A DNA stretch of 63,778 bases, filler included, from Acidimicrobiia bacterium (GTDB lineage: Bacteria > Actinomycetota > Acidimicrobiia > Spongiisociales > CAZKJJ01): the NCBI GenBank assembly GCA_046759765.1. It is 4 parts of 4 records of this genome, joined end to end, with 100 filler letters (N's around TTAATTAATTAA, not from the genome) between each part and the next. Parts side by side here need not be neighbours in the genome. Positions count along the whole stretch, not along the records: positions 51,043 to 63,778 come from JBHICV010000060.1; 3 more parts are not named here. One strand, written 5' to 3'. This document shows, piece after piece, positions 58,655 to 63,778 of this stretch; the first letter of the stretch is position 1; each line of letters begins with the position of its first letter. The position numbers were made by a program, and so were the translations under genes. A model generated the notes under the pieces. It saw only the letters and a list, made by a program, of their open reading frames with translations, had not been told where the DNA came from and did no database searches.

Positions 58655-59782
58655 ATGGTGAGCCAGACCGAAATAGATCGCCGGTACGCGGTGACTCGAG
58701 CCGCCATGGCGAGAGACGGCGTGGACGCGCTGGCAGTTGTTGGCACCGAGTACACGGGCTTCGAAGGTGCGATCCGCTGGCTATCGGGTTTTCGGATGGT
58801 GCACCGCTATGCCTACGCGCTGCTTCCAACCGACGGCGATCCGGTGGCGATCTTCCCCTCCGAGGCCCGGTATGTGGGTGCGCATGGAGAGTGCTGGATT
58901 TCGGAGAAAGTCTTTGTCGACACCCCGGGCGCCTGGATTCGCGACCTCGCTGACGCCCGCGGCTGGAAGAGGGTTGCTGTGTACGGACTCAACTTCGCAA
59001 TGCCTGTTCGCGATTACATGGCACTTTCCGCCGGCGACTTCGAGATCGTGGATTACGACCAGCCCTTCGACCTGGTTCGGGCACCCAAGAGCGAGGAGGA
59101 GTTGCCCCTCGTCCGATCGAGCTTCGACCTGAACGAGCAAGGCTTCTGGGCCACCTTGCAGGCTTACGCACCGGGAAAAACCGAAGCAGAGATCATGGCA
59201 CCTGCCGAGGAGCTCTTCGTGCGAAGCGGAACCACACGCACGACCATGAACATGGTGCTCTCCGGCCCGCATGGCAATGCCGGTCCCGAGTTCAAGCATC
59301 CCGACCCGGTGCGGCCGGTCGAGCCGGACGACCTGTTGCTCTACTCCATCGAGATCGCCGGTCCGAGCGGTTATTGGGCCGAGTTCGCCCGCCCGATCTC
59401 CCAGGCCGGCCTGAGCCCAAGCACCGGCAAGATCATGGAGGCCTACCAGGAGTGCTTTGAGCGGGCCCGCTCGTCACTCCGGGCTGGCAACACCGCCCAT
59501 GACGTCCACACGTCGGCCTTCGGCGCCTTCGAGGGCTTGGACGTCAAACCCGGCCATGTGACGGGGCACTCGATCGACATGATCATGGTCGCCCATCCCC
59601 GCATCGGGGAAGGCGTGGACACGGTCCTGGAAGAGAACATGATCATCTCGATCCACCCGCACGTCGTCACCGCGGATGACAAGCACTGCCTCTACATGCA
59701 GGAGACGTTCCGAGTCACAGCCGACGGCGGAGAGCAGATGTCCTCGGTGCCGATCGTGGCTTTTGACGGTACCGAGCACTAA
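58655..59782 (+). CDS. M24-fold, creatinase-like hydrolase lacking canonical metal ligands
   Basis: creatinase-type N-terminal domain; PKSEEE, GYWAEFAR, GHSIDM, SIHPH, QET. Confidence 0.85.
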   Translation: MVSQTEIDRRYAVTRAAMARDGVDALAVVGTEYTGFEGAIRWLSGFRMVHRYAYALLPTDGDPVAIFPSEARYVGAHGECWISEKVFVDTPGAWIRDLADARGWKRVAVYGLNFAMPVRDYMALSAGDFEIVDYDQPFDLVRAPKSEEELPLVRSSFDLNEQGFWATLQAYAPGKTEAEIMAPAEELFVRSGTTRTTMNMVLSGPHGNAGPEFKHPDPVRPVEPDDLLLYSIEIAGPSGYWAEFARPISQAGLSPSTGKIMEAYQECFERARSSLRAGNTAHDVHTSAFGAFEGLDVKPGHVTGHSIDMIMVAHPRIGEGVDTVLEENMIISIHPHVVTADDKHCLYMQETFRVTADGGEQMSSVPIVAFDGTEH

Positions 59783-59791
59783 ACGGTCGTC

Positions 59792-60187
59792 CTACTCCGC
59801 CACCATGGCGGTGCACTCAACCTCGATCAGTAGTCCCTGCACAGCCAGCCCCGTAACGCCGATGATGGTCTGTGCGGGGTGGTCGGTGCTGCCTGTCACC
59901 TCTTCGATCGCTTTGGTGATGATCTCGTACTCGGTCGGCTGCAGCGTATAGATCGTGCGGCGAACTATGTCGTCCCAAGAAACGCCGGCGGCCTGAAGAG
60001 CCACGCCCAGGTTCTCCATCGCCGCTTTGGTCTGCAGGAACAGGTCGTCGCCGCCGACGATGTTGAACTGCGGGTCGAGTGCTACTTGACCGGCAAAGAA
60101 CACCTGACGCTGGCCCTTCCCGACCGTGATGTGGCTGAAGCCGGGAGCCGGATGTAATTCGGGCGGATTCTGTGACTCGCGAGGCAC
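59792..60187 (-). CDS. RidA/YjgF family protein
   Basis: GFSH, FAGQVA, PAQTIIGVTGL, LIEVECTA. Confidence 0.9.
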   Translation of the reverse strand: MPRESQNPPELHPAPGFSHITVGKGQRQVFFAGQVALDPQFNIVGGDDLFLQTKAAMENLGVALQAAGVSWDDIVRRTIYTLQPTEYEIITKAIEEVTGSTDHPAQTIIGVTGLAVQGLLIEVECTAMVAE

Positions 60188-60242
60188 GGGTAACTCCTTC
60201 GTTTACGACTCGGTCAGCCTATGCGGCGGCAACGGACCGTGC

Positions 60243-61820
60243 TCAGACGAAGCGAGAGGCGACCATGAATCCCGAGCCTCCGCCGAGGCCCGGCCCCGGA
60301 TGAGTCGAGGCCCCGATGTGATAGAGGTCCTTGACGGCAGTCTCGTGGTTCTTGGATCCCGGCATGGGGCGCCACACCAGGAATTGATCGATCGTGCAGG
60401 CGCCGCTGTAAGGGTCGCCACCGATCAAGTTCATGTTGATGTTCTCGAGATCGGCCGGAGAAAAGGCGCGGCGGCCCACGAGCGCGCTATCGAGGTTCTT
60501 GATATGAACGCCCAAGCGCGCCTGGATGCGATCCGCGTAACGCTCCCGAACCTCCTCGGTCCATGATCCATCCGGCGGCACGGGTATCTCCCCCCGGGCG
60601 TCGCCCTTGATGCGCGCCGGCAGCTCCTGGAGTTGGATCCAGAGAATCGAGCCATCCTCCGGTGCGCGGCTCGGATCGGCTGACGTTGGCTGACCGACGA
60701 CGATCGTCGGAGCGTGGGGCAGAAGCCCTCGCTCGGCCTCGTTTACCGCTCCGGAGACCCCGTCCAGCCCGGGTGTCAGGTGCACCATCGCAACGTCCTC
60801 TAGCTCGGGATGCTCCCACTCCGGGGCTTGGTTCAGCGCAAAGTGAATCTGCATGTCCGAGCGTCCGTACCGGTAGGAGTCAGCTCGGGACTTCACGTCC
60901 GACGGAACGCTGGCGTCGCGGAGCAGCCGGCCGTACAACTGAGTGGGAGTCACGTTGCAGATGACGGCGGCCTCGGCGCCGTACGCATCTCCCGTGGCGG
61001 TGGCAACTCCGTTGGCTCGGCCATTCTCGATGATCACCACGTCGACGTCGGCGTTGGTAACGGTCTTTCCGCCGTTGTCTTCTATCAGCTGCCTGAAAGC
61101 GTCGATCAGGCGAGCGCTCCCGCCCTCAACGAGGGGCATTCCGGCCAGAGTGACGGTCCCGATTATCAGCTTGCCCATCATCCCGGAGTAGGCGTCGTCG
61201 GGTCCGAGGCCGGCGTGGAGAACCCAAGGAGCGATGAGGGCCCTGGTCAGCTCGCTGCGGAAGTCGCGCTCCAGCCATGTCCGGCAGGTCTCGAGGGACT
61301 CGCCGAAGAACGTGAATGTCCCCAACAACCCCCGCTTACGCCAGTCTTTGTACAGGGCCCTGGCGGTCTTGCGGCCCCAGACTTCGTTGCCCAGCAGCGC
61401 GAACGCAATGTCGGAGTTCTCGGCGAAGAAACCGCCGACCGCGGCGCCGTATCTCTCGCCCTCGCCGGCCGCCAATTCGTCGAGCCGACGGTTGTTCTCC
61501 TCGTCGTCCATGGTGAAGACGAGGGTGGATCCGTCCTCGGTGATGACCGCGGTCGGCTTGTCGGTCTTTACGAACTCAACCCCCCGGGTGAGGAGGTCTT
61601 CGCCCAACGCGGCATAGGCAGGAGAGGTAACGAAGAGCGGATACCAGGAGGACAGGACCTCATGGATGTAGCCAGGAAACAGCTCCTCGGCCCGAACACA
61701 GCCTCCGAGGCGCTCGTTTCGTTCGAGAACGACAACGCTATTGCCGGCGCGAGCGAGCATCGACGCGCAGACCAGCGAGTTGATCCCACTGCCGACGATT
61801 ACGAAGTCGAAGCGCTCCAT
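60243..61820 (-). CDS. phytoene desaturase-like FAD-dependent oxidoreductase
   Basis: IVGSGINSL, LERNERLGG, GGDPYSG, GASTHPGPGLGGGSG. Confidence 0.9.
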   Translation of the reverse strand: MERFDFVIVGSGINSLVCASMLARAGNSVVVLERNERLGGCVRAEELFPGYIHEVLSSWYPLFVTSPAYAALGEDLLTRGVEFVKTDKPTAVITEDGSTLVFTMDDEENNRRLDELAAGEGERYGAAVGGFFAENSDIAFALLGNEVWGRKTARALYKDWRKRGLLGTFTFFGESLETCRTWLERDFRSELTRALIAPWVLHAGLGPDDAYSGMMGKLIIGTVTLAGMPLVEGGSARLIDAFRQLIEDNGGKTVTNADVDVVIIENGRANGVATATGDAYGAEAAVICNVTPTQLYGRLLRDASVPSDVKSRADSYRYGRSDMQIHFALNQAPEWEHPELEDVAMVHLTPGLDGVSGAVNEAERGLLPHAPTIVVGQPTSADPSRAPEDGSILWIQLQELPARIKGDARGEIPVPPDGSWTEEVRERYADRIQARLGVHIKNLDSALVGRRAFSPADLENINMNLIGGDPYSGACTIDQFLVWRPMPGSKNHETAVKDLYHIGASTHPGPGLGGGSGFMVASRFV

Positions 61821-61881
61821 ACGCGGACACTAACAACGCGCCCATAAGCATTTCGCGGAGCTATCACAGAAAGGAGACCGG

Positions 61882-62334
61882 CTAGGAGAGTTCGCTGGCG
61901 GCGGCCTCGAAGAACTCCTCCATGATCGTGTCGGCCTTCTTGCGGATGGTCGACGTGCCCATCGCCGCCACCGCTCCCAACACGTGATACGTGCCCTCGA
62001 TGGTCATGGTCGATCCTGTTTCGGTTTCCGCAAGATCCATACGGGCGTCGACCGAGATGGTCGTGCCGACGTGACGATCCTGCCCGCTCCCTTTGAAGTG
62101 GATGCTTCGTTCAGGGTCCACGTCAGTGACTTCGACGTCGACGTCGGCGTTCAGCTTGAAAGGTCCAAACTGGTCTTGGAGCACCACGCGGTACGTCTTC
62201 AGATGCTCGATCTCGCTCACGTCGTGGGCGACGGTCACCCAGGTAGCCATACGCTCCACATCGGTCAGGACCGACCAGCACGCCGCAGGGGGGCTCGCCA
62301 CGTCGAGTGTCCGGGTGAACTCGGCAGACGGCAC
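61882..62334 (-). CDS. CoxG/SRPBCC family protein
   Basis: CWSVLTDVERM, GPFKL, FKGSG, GAVAAMG..IRKKA. Confidence 0.85.
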   Translation of the reverse strand: MPSAEFTRTLDVASPPAACWSVLTDVERMATWVTVAHDVSEIEHLKTYRVVLQDQFGPFKLNADVDVEVTDVDPERSIHFKGSGQDRHVGTTISVDARMDLAETETGSTMTIEGTYHVLGAVAAMGTSTIRKKADTIMEEFFEAAASELS

Positions 62335-62347
62335 TTGGGCCCGCTGT

Positions 62348-63778
62348 TCAGCTCTTCGACACGACCGAGACGCCTCTGCCCTCCGCGCCTCCTTCGTGCC
62401 CGAGGAGACCGAAGACACGCTCGGGAGGGTTGTGAGAGTCGTTTATCAGCGGCGCACCCGAACCAAGTGCATCCTGTATGGCGGAACACAGTGTGTGCAG
62501 CGGGGCGCCACCACCTTCTCCCATCCCCTTCGCTCCGGTGCCGGTGAATGGCGACGGAGACACCTGGTAGTCGGTTCTGATGTCGGGGATGTCGACGGCG
62601 GTCGGAGCGTGATAGAAGAGGAAATTGTTGGTCAGTAGCTGGCCGTCCTCGTCGTAGTCCATGATCTCATGCAGCGCCGCCCCGATGCCGTGGGCCGTGG
62701 CTCCGTGGACCTGCCCCTCCACCACCATGGGATTGAATCGGGTACCGCAGTCGTCGACCGCCGCGTAGTCGAGGATCTCGACCTTCCCTGTCTCGTCATC
62801 CACCTCGATGACCGCGGCATGGGTCTGCGTCGAATAGGTGAGAGTCAGGTTTCCGTACTTCTTGTCGGTGTCCGGAACCTCGAACGGTGCCACGTACACG
62901 TGACGACGGGTGAGGCTCACCTCGTTCGCCAGCTCGGGCGGCAGCACGGCGTTGTTCCAGTAGACCATTCCGGCGACGCCGATCAAGGGGATGAACCGCT
63001 CCTCGTCTCCCTTGACCATCGCTCCGCCGTTGCCGAGCTCGATCTCATCCTCGGACGCCCCGAGAGCGAAGGCAGCCACCTTGACGATGTCGTCGCGCAG
63101 CTCTTCGCACGCTCCGATCACGGCATTTATGCCGGTCACGGCGAACTGGCTGGCGTAGGTGCCGGAGAAGCCGATGTAGGCACTGTGCGCGGTGTCGAAG
63201 CCGGCCCGGACGCGGACATTCTCGGGACTGACCCGGAGTATGTCCGCCGCCACCTGGGCCGCGGTCGTCTCGTGTCCCTGGCCCTGGGAGATCGTTCCCA
63301 GCCTGAGGACGATCTCGCCATACAGGTCCAGCTTGGCGGTGCAGGCTTCTCCGTTGCCGGAGAACGGCAGGTGCGGGTTGAGAATCCGCGATTGACCGAA
63401 GTTGTTAGTGCCGGAGTCGAGCGTGGTCCCAATCCCGATGCCGATCCTCCGCCCCTCCTGGCTGGCTTCTTCTTGGAGCTTGCGTGCTCCGTCGTAGTCG
63501 ATCAGCTCTAGGACCTTGTCCAACGCGGCAGGAAGATCGCCTGAGTCGTAGACGCACCCGTTGGGCGTCGTATATGGATAGTCGTCGGGCTGGATGTAGT
63601 TCTTCTTCCGGAGCTCGATCGGGTCGAAGCCCAGCTCACGGGCCACGGTGTCGATGATGCGTTCGATCATCCATAGGTGCTGCATCCGCGAGTAGCCCCG
63701 GTTGGGCACAGCCGGACACTTGTTGGTCAGGGTCTCCTTGTAGTCGACCTGGATGTGCTTGAGCTTGTAGCAACCTGG
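62348..63778 (-). CDS. xanthine dehydrogenase/CoxL-family molybdopterin-binding subunit, 5' truncated
   Basis: YDSGD, QGQGHET, DDCG, VEGQVHG, GAKGMGEG; active-site loop PNRGYSR. Confidence 0.92.
   Translation of the reverse strand, partial: PGCYKLKHIQVDYKETLTNKCPAVPNRGYSRMQHLWMIERIIDTVARELGFDPIELRKKNYIQPDDYPYTTPNGCVYDSGDLPAALDKVLELIDYDGARKLQEEASQEGRRIGIGIGTTLDSGTNNFGQSRILNPHLPFSGNGEACTAKLDLYGEIVLRLGTISQGQGHETTAAQVAADILRVSPENVRVRAGFDTAHSAYIGFSGTYASQFAVTGINAVIGACEELRDDIVKVAAFALGASEDEIELGNGGAMVKGDEERFIPLIGVAGMVYWNNAVLPPELANEVSLTRRHVYVAPFEVPDTDKKYGNLTLTYSTQTHAAVIEVDDETGKVEILDYAAVDDCGTRFNPMVVEGQVHGATAHGIGAALHEIMDYDEDGQLLTNNFLFYHAPTAVDIPDIRTDYQVSPSPFTGTGAKGMGEGGGAPLHTLCSAIQDALGSGAPLINDSHNPPERVFGLLGHEGGAEGRGVSVVSKS

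Noticed and set aside
3267..61847. Many long antisense or alternative-frame ORFs (e.g. 3267-4055, 14739-15908, 44153-45292, 60810-61847)
   Set aside because: Shadow ORFs typical of high-GC DNA, overlapping well-supported genes and lacking family motifs
62348..63778. Aerobic CO dehydrogenase (coxL)
   Set aside because: Lacks the AYRCSFR motif (has PNRGYSR)

Overview
GC-rich bacterial DNA, most likely an Actinomycetota (probably Acidimicrobiia-like) draft genome or MAG. This is inferred from the clpS/DUF2017 pair, SigH/RshA, F420-type enzymes and TCGAAC-N4-GTTCGA SOS boxes. The window is four contigs joined by 100-nt N44-TTAATTAATTAA-N44 linkers (17228-17327, 34098-34197, 50943-51042), so adjacency across linkers is not biological. 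Contig 1 carries HTH-clpS-DUF2017, a Mo-oxidoreductase, a PAS-PAS adenylate cyclase with an exact 360-nt duplication, an Fe-S oxidoreductase, proC/ProDH/pspA, a DUF3179 gene read through an in-frame TGA (UxxC selenoprotein with a SECIS-like hairpin), HhH-GPD, LCP, an SBP and a STAND cyclase. Contig 2 carries an ECF sigma/anti-sigma pair plus a secreted paralog of the anti-sigma ectodomain; both units share the same putative promoter (TAAACC-N16-CGAGTCAA). It also has a split LexA-controlled imuA-imuB/dnaE2 mutasome, other repair genes and partial pnp. Contig 3 carries sigH-rshA, an archaeal-type 2-phosphoglycerate kinase, a frameshifted heme-type ABC transporter, a GlcD/GlcF-like pair, an LLM and an aminobutyraldehyde dehydrogenase. 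Contig 4 carries a partial tRNA-Arg(CCG) and an 8-gene operon of unknown function (LLM, atypical M20, FAH, two M24, a homocitrate-synthase-like enzyme, two ketopantoate-reductase-like enzymes) facing a Mo-hydroxylase/CoxG/FAD-oxidoreductase/RidA unit. All family calls come from motif recognition by eye; no searches were run.
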